From assembly GCA_963665325.3 (NCBI GenBank), contig OZ224045.1:1984001-2048000 (forward strand): DNA of 64,000 nt, read 5' to 3'. Within the stretch, counting starts at the first letter, position 1; each line of letters begins with the position of its first letter. Positions 1 through 9,140 of the stretch are shown here, in pieces. The notes below the pieces were generated by a model, which saw nothing but the letters and a program-made list of their open reading frames with translations, was not told the DNA's origin and did no database searches. This DNA is from Alphaproteobacteria bacterium (lineage in GTDB: Bacteria > Pseudomonadota > Alphaproteobacteria > Bin95). Position numbers and translations under genes: made by a program.

Positions 1-42
1 GGCGCTCTTCGAGCTCCGCCGGCGCCCGTGTCGGGAAGCCCT

Positions 43-876
43 TCACCGCCGCGCCCTCCTCGGCTTGGCGGGTTCGCCCAGGGTCTCGATGAAGAGCTTC
101 TCGTCGAGGACCTCGCGCTCCTTCTCGGCGGCGGCGGCGAGCAGGGCGTCGGCCATGACGGTGAGCGCCCGCGGGTTGCCGTCGGCATGGGCGACCAGGG
201 TGTCCTTGAGGCCCGCGGTCATGAGGCCGGGATTGCCGGCCTGCTCGATCAGATGGTCGAGCAGGGCCGCGAGGTCGCCGGCCTCGGCCTTGGTCATGAC
301 CAGGCGCTGGCGGATGCGCGAGGCGATGGGCTGCAGATCGGGCTGGCGGAGCTTGTCGAGCAGGCGCGTGTCGCCGGCGAGGACGACCGAGAGGATGGCG
401 CGCGAGTCGAAGTCGGTCGAAGCCAGCAGGCGGATCTCGGAGAACACCGAGGGCAGCAGCTCCTGGGCCTCGTCGACGAGCACGACGGGGCGCATGCGGG
501 TATCGTCGACATGGGCGAGCCAGCGCTCGCGCAGGCTTTTGAAGCTGGCCCAGCGGTTGTTGTACATCAGGTCGACGCCGAACATCTCGCCGATCTCGCG
601 GTAGAAGTCGGACAGCCGGGAGGAGGGATGGGTGATGGCGGCGATGCTGAGCCCCTCGCAGCGGCCGAGACGGTCGGCGAGCAGGCGCAACGCCACACTC
701 TTTCCGGCGCCGGGCTCGCCGGCGATCAAGGCGAAGCCGCCCTGGCGCACCAGGTGGCGCTCGATCCTGAGGCAGAAGCTGTCGACGGCAGGCGTCGCCA
801 TGAGACTGTCGACCGGCAGGTCGGTGGCGAAGGGGTTCCACTTGAGCCCGTAGAAGGTGAGCAGTTCCCGGTTCAT
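43..876 (-). CDS. ExeA/TnsC-like AAA+ ATPase, transposon copy 1
   Basis: Walker A GEPGAGKS, Walker B VVLVDEAQ, N-terminal FYGLKWNPF typical of the ExeA family. ATGA overlap with the transposase. Confidence 0.9.
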   Translation of the reverse strand: MNRELLTFYGLKWNPFATDLPVDSLMATPAVDSFCLRIERHLVRQGGFALIAGEPGAGKSVALRLLADRLGRCEGLSIAAITHPSSRLSDFYREIGEMFGVDLMYNNRWASFKSLRERWLAHVDDTRMRPVVLVDEAQELLPSVFSEIRLLASTDFDSRAILSVVLAGDTRLLDKLRQPDLQPIASRIRQRLVMTKAEAGDLAALLDHLIEQAGNPGLMTAGLKDTLVAHADGNPRALTVMADALLAAAAEKEREVLDEKLFIETLGEPAKPRRARR

Positions 877-2348
877 GGCGCATCTCCCCGATCTTCGTCC
901 TCGCCCGGACCGGGCGTCTTGTCATGGGGCAGCCAGGCCGGCGGCAGGCCGGTTGCGGCCTGGGCGTCGAGCATGCCCTTGAGCAGCGGCGGAAGTTCCC
1001 CCGTCCCCGCGCCGCCATTGCCATCGTTGCCGCCGGGGCCGGCGGGACGGCGCACGCCATCGGCGTTGCCGCGCTTGTCGAGGGGGTACAGCGTGCACAG
1101 GCGCTCGCCGCCTCGACCGTCGATCAGATCGACGCTGGCGAGGTTCCAGCGCGCGTAACGGATCCAGGCCTCGCGCAGGTGGCGCCACGGCTGTGGCACC
1201 TGGTAGCGGATGCCCTCGACCGAGACGGTGCCGTCCGAGCGCCTGAGCGTGCGCTTCCTGGTGATGCGGAAGGCCGCCTTGAGCTCGGCCGAGCCGGGGC
1301 AGGATCTCGACGCGTCGACGCTCCCGGCCAGGCGTTGATGCGGCGTCATGCCGAGCTCGCGGTGCTTGCGGCGGTGATAGTCCTGCTCCAGCCAGGCGAT
1401 GGTGGCGTCGTTGAGCATCTTCAAGGTAAGCGCGTCGACGCCTTCGAGCTGAGCCATCAGGCGCGATTCGACCGTGCCCCAGAACGACTCGATCTTGCCG
1501 TTCTGATGGGGGCTGTAAGCGAGCGTCGTGACCCCCGCGATGCCGAGCCGGTGCAACCCCTCCTCGACCTCGCCCGCGGTCATCGCCGCGCCGTTGTCGG
1601 TCAGCAGGGACCTCGGCAGACCGCGCTTCATGAAGGCCTGGCAAAGGCCGTGGACGAACACCTCGGCGGTCTCGGCGAGGTACCACTGAAGGTGGCAGCC
1701 GAGGCGCGAGTGGTCGTCGAGGAAGCCGAGCAGGATCGGCGTCTTCCACTCGCCCGAGGCGGTCAGCACGCGACGCTTGGCGCTGTGCATGTCGGCGTGC
1801 CACAGGGCGTGAGAGCGCGAGACCTCGTAGCTCAATACCTCGCGGGCTTCGACCGCCGGCCTGGCCTCGCTCTCATGCCACTTGCGCCGGCGCTTGCGTA
1901 CCAGCCCGCGAGCCCGCATCGCCCGGGTCAGCGTCGCGTAGGACGGTATCGGGCCGAGCTCGGGATCGGCCTCGACCCGCGCGGCCAGATTCTCGTGATG
2001 AAGCTGCGCCGACCACGACGGATGCGCCCGGTACTGCTCGTGCAGCGCCTCGATCAGCGTCGGCGACATCGCGCGCGGGCGCCCGGCATCGGCGCGCGGG
2101 CGCCGCTTGAGCGCCCCCACCGGATCGTTGTCCGCCGCCCGCGCCTGGTAGTACCAGCGCTCGATCGTGGACACCGCGAAGCGCACCCGGCCCTTGCCGG
2201 ACGGGTGATCCCACTCGCGTTCGGCAAGCCGCTCAAGCTCGGCGTGCAGCCGCCCCGCCGGCGGCGGCGAGGCCAGAAGCGGCCCGACCACCGCGAAGCG
2301 CAACCGCGCCCACCGGTCGCGACGCTCGCTCCCGTCGTTGCTGTTCAT
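873..2348 (-). CDS. DDE (rve/Mu-like) transposase, copy 1
   Basis: N-terminal HTH-like region, catalytic motifs WHAD, LTDNG and NGKIE, and a Mu-transposase C-terminal-like segment (DGTVSVEGIRY). Confidence 0.92.
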   Translation of the reverse strand: MNSNDGSERRDRWARLRFAVVGPLLASPPPAGRLHAELERLAEREWDHPSGKGRVRFAVSTIERWYYQARAADNDPVGALKRRPRADAGRPRAMSPTLIEALHEQYRAHPSWSAQLHHENLAARVEADPELGPIPSYATLTRAMRARGLVRKRRRKWHESEARPAVEAREVLSYEVSRSHALWHADMHSAKRRVLTASGEWKTPILLGFLDDHSRLGCHLQWYLAETAEVFVHGLCQAFMKRGLPRSLLTDNGAAMTAGEVEEGLHRLGIAGVTTLAYSPHQNGKIESFWGTVESRLMAQLEGVDALTLKMLNDATIAWLEQDYHRRKHRELGMTPHQRLAGSVDASRSCPGSAELKAAFRITRKRTLRRSDGTVSVEGIRYQVPQPWRHLREAWIRYARWNLASVDLIDGRGGERLCTLYPLDKRGNADGVRRPAGPGGNDGNGGAGTGELPPLLKGMLDAQAATGLPPAWLPHDKTPGPGEDEDRGDAP

Positions 2349-2396
2349 TCCGGCATCCCCCTCGCTGCTTCGTGGAGGTGCCGATGATGCGGTGCC

Positions 2397-3011
2397 CTAT
2401 CCGTGCATCATAGAAACGCTTTCTGCGGGCGAAGCCGGACCTGCGCCGAGCGCGCAAAAGCCGGTCCACGGCATCAGCCAGACCAGGCTCCGCAGCAGCC
2501 GCGAGCGGAAGCCACGGCCCCGCATGATGCGCAGCAGCCGGCGCAGCGGCGCCTCTTCGGGCGGCGCCGCCAGCTCGCCCCGTCTCGCCTGCCACTCCCG
2601 GGTCAGCGGGAAGGCTTCCAGCCACCAGCGCCGCCAGCGCTTCAGCGTCGAGGCCGGAACCCCGCACCGCCGCGCGATCGTCTGCAACCGCGCGCCGCCG
2701 GCCACAGCCAGCGCACTCACCACAAGGAACAGCGCCCCGACGTAAAAGCGCCTGCCGAAGAAACGCACCGACGGCGGCTTCACGCGGCGTCGGCACACCG
2801 AACAGCACAGGCTGAAGCGCCGAACGTCGTTCCGAAGATTCGCCGCCAGACCGTGCGGCTTGCGCGGGTAGCTCGCGCTGTGAAGCGCGCCGCCGCAGCG
2901 CGGGCAACCCGCCGCCCGGCACGCCTCCGCCTCGGCCGCGTCGACCTGCTTCAGAAAATCCCAAACCCGGGCGTTGGAGAGATTGGAGTGCCGGAACAGC
3001 TTGTGCGACAT
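2397..3011 (-). CDS. Zn-finger/HTH protein (DUF6431-like), copy 1
   Basis: CPRC...CCSVC Cys cluster and GVPASTLKRW HTH-like motif. First gene of the element. Confidence 0.75.
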   Translation of the reverse strand: MSHKLFRHSNLSNARVWDFLKQVDAAEAEACRAAGCPRCGGALHSASYPRKPHGLAANLRNDVRRFSLCCSVCRRRVKPPSVRFFGRRFYVGALFLVVSALAVAGGARLQTIARRCGVPASTLKRWRRWWLEAFPLTREWQARRGELAAPPEEAPLRRLLRIMRGRGFRSRLLRSLVWLMPWTGFCALGAGPASPAESVSMMHG

Positions 3012-3158
3012 TGGGGCCGTCTCAGGTTGATGTCACTGTCACCGAGACAAGCCCTCCGGCGGCCTTCTTGCAAGATCGCCGGGGGGCACCCAATCCAAAA
3101 CCTCGATTAATCCGAGCCGATCAGCCCCTGATCGCCGCTGAAAGCCTGCGCCCGCTCA

Positions 3159-3542
3159 CCAGGCCTCGTCCGCGTCCGGGTCGATCGCCCCGACGATCTT
3201 CGCGGCAACCGTCGCTTCGTCGGCGAGCTCGCCCGGAAAGACGGCGACCGGAACCGGGGCGGCCGCGCCATGCGGGCTCTCTCCGTTCGTCCATCGCCGC
3301 GCCATCTCGGAGAGCAGCGCCGTCTTCCCGGCGCCCGGTGCGCCCTGGATGAGTTGCGTTGCGCCTCCCATCGCCTCGCCCTTCCGTGCAACGGCGAGCG
3401 CTTCGGCGCAAAGGCGTTCGACGGCGTCCATCCGGTCCTTGCGTCCGGCGAAGAAGGGCGAGGAACGCCGGTCGCCAAGAGCCGCGAAGGCTTCCAGAGC
3501 CTTGAGATCGGGACGGCGGGCCCGCCCGGCAATGCGCGCCAT
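3159..3542 (-). pseudogene. 5' part of an AAA_16-like ATPase gene interrupted by transposon copy 1
   Basis: ATG at 3542 with RBS; FFAGR motif and Walker A GAPGAGKT. The frame runs directly into the element's terminal TGA at 3158. Confidence 0.8.
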
Positions 3543-3712
3543 GGAGCGGTCTCCCTCGACGACTGCCCGGCAGGAGGCCGGTCCGGTCATCCGGCGCCTG
3601 CGGACTGTCCGGCCGCAGCCGTTTCGACTGCGGGGGCAGCGTATGCGGCAGCGGGTCGGACGGTCAAGGTTTCGGCGGACGCCCGCCTGCCCTACCGGCG
3701 GAGGGGCGGACA

Positions 3713-4597
3713 ATGAAGATGGGCAAGGGTGCCGACGCAGAGCGCGCGGTCGAGGCGAAATCCCGACGCGGGACGGTCTGGCGGCGTCTGAAGGAGGCGG
3801 GGGCTCGGGCGAACGGGCTTTCGGGGCTGTCCGGGGAGTTCGATCCGGGGCAGGCGGTATCGAAGCGGCTCGCCCGGGATGTTCTGGATGAGGCTGAAGC
3901 TGGGGCGGGCGTCGCGGCATTCCTTCCAGTCCATCCAGGCCTGAAAGAGGATGACCATGCCCGCGAGAACCGTCATGCCCACGACGCCGGCGGCAAGGAC
4001 CTCGGTCTTGTCCGGTCCGTAGAGGCAAAGCGCTCCGGTGCCCGCGACAGCGAAGACGAAGAGTCCCCCATAGGCGCTGCCGAAGGCGAAGGAGAGGATC
4101 GCTTCATCGAGGGCGAAGGTGCATTCGACGATTGGCACTGGATTTCGTTCGGTGGCGGTTCGCTCAGGGTGACGGCATTTTCGGCCTGCGTGCTGCTGCT
4201 GGCAAGCGCGCTGGCTCCCGGAGGGTTTTCGACTGACGGTGCGACGCTGGGGGCCGGGATGTATTTCGTGTGGCTTGCAGGCACGTTCTGGGGGAAGTGC
4301 CGGGGATGCGGCCGAGGCTTTGCGGTCGCTATGCAGCGGTTGGAGGCGGTCCGCTTCGGGCTGTCGGCGGTTGCGCTGGCGTTCCTGTGGGCGGGCGATC
4401 CGGCGGCTGCGGGTCTTGCGGTGTGGATTGCGGCGGCGGCGCTGGCGATCGGCGGGTTGGAAGACGGCGACTGGATCGCGGTGGTGTCGCTGCGCCGCGA
4501 GGTCCCGCCCTGGCGGGCGGTGGGCATTGTCTTCCGCGAGAGCCGGGATGCATGGCGCGAGGGCTGGCGCTCCCTTTACGGGGGGACGCTTCGATGA
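3713..4597 (+). CDS. Hypothetical inner-membrane protein (GLxD...PW paralog family), first gene of the pilus cluster
   Basis: Acidic N-terminus, several hydrophobic helices, GLEDGDWIAVVSLRREVPPWRAV motif. Stop overlaps the next ATG. Confidence 0.65.
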   Translation: MKMGKGADAERAVEAKSRRGTVWRRLKEAGARANGLSGLSGEFDPGQAVSKRLARDVLDEAEAGAGVAAFLPVHPGLKEDDHARENRHAHDAGGKDLGLVRSVEAKRSGARDSEDEESPIGAAEGEGEDRFIEGEGAFDDWHWISFGGGSLRVTAFSACVLLLASALAPGGFSTDGATLGAGMYFVWLAGTFWGKCRGCGRGFAVAMQRLEAVRFGLSAVALAFLWAGDPAAAGLAVWIAAAALAIGGLEDGDWIAVVSLRREVPPWRAVGIVFRESRDAWREGWRSLYGGTLR

Positions 4598-6279
4598 CGG
4601 GCCGGCGGGACACATGGTGGGGCCGTCTCTTGTTCAAGGAGAAGCCGCCGGAAGTGATGCCGTCGGGCCTGGTGCGCTGGGAGCGGATGGACGAGCGCTT
4701 CCGGGAGCGCTGCGCGGTCTGGTCGGACGGGCGCGTGCTGATAGCGGACGGCTATGCGAACGACGTGGAGCTGCGCGCGCTGCTGGTGGAGTTGCAGCGC
4801 ACGGGCGCGGTCCGGGGCCAGTTCCGGGAGGAGACGGCCTCGCTCCAGGAGGTTGCGGAGGTCTGGCGCGGCAACCGGGTCCGTGACGAGAGCCTGGACG
4901 TGAACCCGCGGATCGTGGAGGGGCTTGTCGCGATCTTCACGGAGGCGGCGAGGGCCCGGGCTTCGGACGTGGTGCTGGAGAAGGGGCCGGACGACTGCCG
5001 GGTGTTCGCGATCGTGAACGACCGCAAGCTGCCGCTCGGTTCTGCGATGACGGTGCGGGAGGCGGAGCAGGTGTTCGGGTTCCTGTTCTTCGTGAAGGAC
5101 GAGGGCTCGCGGCAGACCTCCTTGCAGCGTGCGAGCTTCCAGGGTTTCAGCGTGAGGCGCTCGGAGACGTTCCCCTTGCCGGAGGAGATCGCGGCGCTGC
5201 GCTGCGAGGCGGGCCCGCACGAGCCGGAGGGCCACCACCTCTACATGCGTCTCTTCTACCGCGACCAGGTCGGGGGCCGGAAGACGCTGGAGGATCTCGG
5301 GTTCACGGCGGAGGTGGCGGGCCTGTTCCGCGAGATCCGGATGTCGAAATACGGCGGCATCTTCATCGGCGGGACGACGGGCGACGGCAAGTCGACGACG
5401 CTTGCGGTGAACCTGAACCTGCAGATGCGCGAGCACGGGCATCGCCTGAACATGGTGACGCTGGAGGACCCGGTCGAATACGACATACCGGGGGCGGTGC
5501 AGATTGCGGTGGGCACGCGGGGCATCGGCGAGGAGCGCGGTCTCGGCTTTGCAGCGGCGCTGATGCATTTCGTGCGGGTGCATCCGGCCTCGGGGATGGT
5601 TGGCGAGATCCGGGACAAGATGGGCGCGCAGCAGGTGCTGCAGTTCATCGACTCGGGCCACCAGGTGTGGACGACGATCCATGTCCACACGGCGAACGGC
5701 ATCCTGTTCCGCCTGATGGACCTCGGCGTCGAGGTGTCGGAGGTGACGAAGCCCGGCAACATCCGGCTTCTGGTGAAGCAGACGCTGGTGCCTCTGCTCT
5801 GTCCGGAATGTGCGAGGCCGGCGCTGCCGGAGGGACGGGACCTTCCGGAGGAGCTGGCGGTTCTGTTGGGCCCGGGGGTCCGCTACCGCAATCCGGAGGG
5901 TTGCCCGCAATGCCGGACGGCGGGCCAGTCGGCGCTCTCGCTGGCGGCCTGGGCGGGCTATGTGCGCCCGCTCGCGGTGGCGGAGTGGATCGTCCCGGAC
6001 GACGGCTATCTGAGGCATGTGCAGGCGCGCGACGCGGTGGGCGCGTGGAACCACTGGGTGGGTTCGATGGGCGGGGTTCCGATCGGGCGGAAGATCTGGC
6101 GCGCGGTCGGCGAGGGCCGGGTCGATCCGGCGGACGCGATGCTGAAGGGCGCGGAGATCGCCGAGGCGAAGGCGGTGTTCGGTCCTCCGGGCGAAGGCCT
6201 GCGGGAGGACGGGCCGGGTCATGCCGGCGCCGCGCCGGGCAAGCCGGTGCTCGTGGTGGATGCGGAGGCGGTGGAATGA
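4594..6279 (+). CDS. pilQ: Type IVb pilus assembly ATPase (PilQ/PilB/GspE family)
   Basis: Walker A GTTGDGKSTT, Asp box TLEDPVEY, GEIRD, His box SGHQVWTTIH, Zn motif CPEC...CPQC. ATG at 4594 by ATGA overlap. Confidence 0.85.
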   Translation: MTGRRDTWWGRLLFKEKPPEVMPSGLVRWERMDERFRERCAVWSDGRVLIADGYANDVELRALLVELQRTGAVRGQFREETASLQEVAEVWRGNRVRDESLDVNPRIVEGLVAIFTEAARARASDVVLEKGPDDCRVFAIVNDRKLPLGSAMTVREAEQVFGFLFFVKDEGSRQTSLQRASFQGFSVRRSETFPLPEEIAALRCEAGPHEPEGHHLYMRLFYRDQVGGRKTLEDLGFTAEVAGLFREIRMSKYGGIFIGGTTGDGKSTTLAVNLNLQMREHGHRLNMVTLEDPVEYDIPGAVQIAVGTRGIGEERGLGFAAALMHFVRVHPASGMVGEIRDKMGAQQVLQFIDSGHQVWTTIHVHTANGILFRLMDLGVEVSEVTKPGNIRLLVKQTLVPLLCPECARPALPEGRDLPEELAVLLGPGVRYRNPEGCPQCRTAGQSALSLAAWAGYVRPLAVAEWIVPDDGYLRHVQARDAVGAWNHWVGSMGGVPIGRKIWRAVGEGRVDPADAMLKGAEIAEAKAVFGPPGEGLREDGPGHAGAAPGKPVLVVDAEAVE

Positions 6280-7334
6280 GGGGTTTCCGGTGGCTGTTCC
6301 TGCGCCGGTTCCTTGCGGCCCGGACCGAGGCGCGGATCGACATCTGGTATCTGCTTCACGACCTGCTCCAGGGCGGGCTTGGTCTGCGCGAGGCGCTCGG
6401 CGTGGTGATGCAGGCGAAGTCGCGCGAGACGATCCGGGTGCGGATGCTTCGGGACTGGCAGGCGGCGCTTGCGGGCGGCGGGGACGATTTCGCGGTGGAG
6501 CTGTCGCGCTGGGTTCCGGCCTCGGAGGCGATGATCTTCTACGGGCTCGGCCGGGCGCGGGCTGAGGTTCTGTTCCTGGCGGCGGCGCGCGTCGCGGAGA
6601 TGCGCTCGAAGCAGGTGCGCGCGGTGGCGAGCGCGATGTTTCTGCCGCTGGTGATCTTCGTGGGCTGCATCGGCATGACCTGGTTCATGGGCTACGAGGT
6701 CATTCCGGCGATGCTGGAGGTGAGCGACCGGTCGCGCTGGGATATCTGGTCGCGCTCGTTCGCCTGGGTCTCGGAGGGTTTCTACGCGAACGATATCGAG
6801 ATCGGGCTCGCGTTCCTGCTGTTCCTGGTTGCCTTCCGGCTGGTTGTGCTGCGCTGGACCGGCCGGGGCCGCGTGTTCGCGGACCGGATCCCGCCCTTTT
6901 CGCTCTACCGGATGCTGTCGGGGAGCGGGTTCCTGTTCGTGTGCGTGGAGTTCCTGCGCATGGGCGTGGACCTGAACCGGGACACGTTCGAGCAGTTCGA
7001 GCGCGGCGCCTCGCCCTATGTGCGGAGCCGCATGCGCCGTGTGCGGGAGCTGATGCTGAACGAGGGTCTGGGCTTCGGCTCGGCGCTCTCGGCGGCCCGG
7101 CAGGGGTTCCCGGACGAGACGCTGGTTGCAGTCGCGGGCGCGATGGACGGGCGCGCGGACTGGGAGGAGACGCTTGCCGGGTTCGTGGAGCGCTGGGTGG
7201 AGCGCTCGGAGGCGATGATGCGGATGCGCACCATGGTTCTGAACACGGTGCTGATGGCGCTCGGGACGGCGCAGATGATCCTGATCATGTGGGTGAGTTT
7301 CGACATCTCGACCCAGGTGGAACGAAGCTACTGA
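6276..7334 (+). CDS. pilR: Type IVb pilus inner-membrane platform protein (PilR/GspF family)
   Basis: About 350 aa, three TM segments, WVPASE and DRIPPFSLYR motifs seen in PilR-type proteins; follows the ATPase gene. Confidence 0.8.
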   Translation: MRGFRWLFLRRFLAARTEARIDIWYLLHDLLQGGLGLREALGVVMQAKSRETIRVRMLRDWQAALAGGGDDFAVELSRWVPASEAMIFYGLGRARAEVLFLAAARVAEMRSKQVRAVASAMFLPLVIFVGCIGMTWFMGYEVIPAMLEVSDRSRWDIWSRSFAWVSEGFYANDIEIGLAFLLFLVAFRLVVLRWTGRGRVFADRIPPFSLYRMLSGSGFLFVCVEFLRMGVDLNRDTFEQFERGASPYVRSRMRRVRELMLNEGLGFGSALSAARQGFPDETLVAVAGAMDGRADWEETLAGFVERWVERSEAMMRMRTMVLNTVLMALGTAQMILIMWVSFDISTQVERSY

Positions 7335-7346
7335 GAGGAGGGGAAC

Positions 7347-7886
7347 ATGAACCCTATCGGAGTCTTGCTGTCGGTGGTAGCGGGCCTCTTCGCGATCGTC
7401 GCGGTTGTGGGGATCTACAACGGGATCACGGCGCGGCTGAGCGAGGGCGAGTCGGTCGAGCTGCTGAACCAGCTGCGCGCGAATGTCGAGAGGATCTATT
7501 CTGGCCAGGCCAGCTACGGCGACAGCGCGAATGACGACCTTGTGCCGATCCTGGCCGGGTTCGGGAAGATCCCGGACGGCTCGCGGGTGGGCACGGGCGG
7601 GTCGGCGACGATCCGTCATCCGTTCGGCGGCGCGGTGACGATCCTGGGCAATGGCGGGCGGTTCGCGATCACGTTCGCGGATCTGGACGACGAGACCTGC
7701 AAGGACCTGGGCCAGGCCTATGTGGGCCGGACGCGGGCGGGCTCGGGGATCGTGCGGATGCAGGTGGCCGGCAGCGCCCCGGCGGCGGTGCATGCCGGCG
7801 CGCCGGTGACGCGCACGGTCACCTGGCTCAACAACCAGTGCGACAACGGCACGGCGTCCAACGCCCTGACCTTCGTGTTCGGGTGA
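7347..7886 (+). CDS. pilS: Major type IVb pilin (PilS-like), no cleavable leader
   Basis: Hydrophobic N-terminal helix, IRHPFGGAVT motif, Cys pair (ETCKDL...NQC), C-terminal LTFVF strand, strong RBS GAGAGGAGGG. Confidence 0.8.
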   Translation: MNPIGVLLSVVAGLFAIVAVVGIYNGITARLSEGESVELLNQLRANVERIYSGQASYGDSANDDLVPILAGFGKIPDGSRVGTGGSATIRHPFGGAVTILGNGGRFAITFADLDDETCKDLGQAYVGRTRAGSGIVRMQVAGSAPAAVHAGAPVTRTVTWLNNQCDNGTASNALTFVFG

Positions 7887-7889
7887 CCG

Positions 7890-9140
7890 GTGGCGCGCCT
7901 CGGGACATCGCTGTTCTGCCGTCTTCGCCGGGGCGCGCGCCGCGGCGCGGCGCTGCCTGTGGGCGCGCTGTTCCTGGTCATGACGGTAGTGGTCGTGCTG
8001 GCGGCCTGGGAGCGCCAGCAGGAGGAGTTGCGGCTCGCGGAGATCGACCGCGAGCGCGGGCGCATCTGGGCGATGACCTGCACGGCGGTCCACCGGGCGG
8101 TCCAGTCGGGCCGGGTGACGGCGGCGGGTGTCGTGACGCCGGCGCAGCTGAAGGGCTGGTCCCTCCTCCCGGACGGCCTCGGCACGGTCGGTCGCGCCGG
8201 GGGCACGGTGGCGACGGCTGCCTATGGCGCGGTGACGGTCGACAGCGTTCCGATGGCGGCCTGCTCGCTCTCGGGCCCGGAGCTTTCGTTCCGGGCGCCG
8301 GCGCTCAGGGCGGGCGCGGTGATGGGCGGCCTCGACCTTGTCGGCGCGGTCGGCGGCGAGGCGACGGCGATGCACGGCCGGCTGCCGGCGGTCCGGGCGG
8401 TGCTCGGGACTTTGCCGGCGGGCTCGCTGTTCGCAACGGCGGACCATGCGGTGGGCCACGACGAGGACCGGCTCTACCGGCGGCCGGTGGGCGGGCGTCC
8501 CGAGCTTGCGCGCATGGAGACGGATTTCGTGTTCGGCCCGAACGCGGGCGCGGTCGGCCAGGCGCTGCTGCCGGCCGGCGAGATCGAGAGCCCGGTTGCG
8601 GTCGTCGCCGGCGAGGACTGCCGGGATGCGGCGCTGGCGGACGACCGGCGCTGCTACGGGGTGCTGGACGCCGGCAGCGTGGCGGGGGTCGATGCCGGGA
8701 CCAACCGGGAGGGCCGCTTTGCCGGGACGGGCGGGACGCCGGCTGAGGTCGCCGGCAATGTGACCGTGGGCCGGACCGGCCAGCCCGGCAGCATGGCGTT
8801 CGGGGGCGACATTCCGGCGACGGCGTTCCGGGCGGATGGCGGGTTCCGGTTCGGCCATGCGGGCGCGCCGGCGCAGGCGTTCAACATCCCGCAGCTGCTG
8901 TCGGTCGGCACCGGGCTCACTGCGACGGACACGGCGCTTGCGGTGGCGGGCGAAGCGGGCGCGGGCAGCCTGGACGTGACGGGGGACCTCGACGCCGAGG
9001 GCCGGCTCACGGCTTCGGGGAATGCGCGGGCTCGCACGCTTTCGGTTGGCGGCGAACTCGGTGCGAATTCGGGCTCGTTCACCGGCACGGTGACGACGGG
9101 TGGCTGCACCGGCTGCGAGCCGGTTCCGGTGTTCCAGTGA
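7890..9140 (+). CDS. PilV-like minor pilin/adhesin 1
   Basis: Basic leader ending RRG then hydrophobic helix; METD motif; G/A/T-rich C-terminal region ending CTGC. Confidence 0.65.
   Translation: MARLGTSLFCRLRRGARRGAALPVGALFLVMTVVVVLAAWERQQEELRLAEIDRERGRIWAMTCTAVHRAVQSGRVTAAGVVTPAQLKGWSLLPDGLGTVGRAGGTVATAAYGAVTVDSVPMAACSLSGPELSFRAPALRAGAVMGGLDLVGAVGGEATAMHGRLPAVRAVLGTLPAGSLFATADHAVGHDEDRLYRRPVGGRPELARMETDFVFGPNAGAVGQALLPAGEIESPVAVVAGEDCRDAALADDRRCYGVLDAGSVAGVDAGTNREGRFAGTGGTPAEVAGNVTVGRTGQPGSMAFGGDIPATAFRADGGFRFGHAGAPAQAFNIPQLLSVGTGLTATDTALAVAGEAGAGSLDVTGDLDAEGRLTASGNARARTLSVGGELGANSGSFTGTVTTGGCTGCEPVPVFQ

Larger units (their letters stand above)
1..3158 (-). mobile_element. Copy 1 (partial, cut by window edge) of the 4,384-bp four-gene DDE transposon
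   Basis: Matches copy 2 at a constant offset of 17,277 with identical ORF translations. Ends ...GCCCGCTCA at 3158, flank CCAGG. Truncates the AAA gene at 3159-3542. Confidence 0.95.
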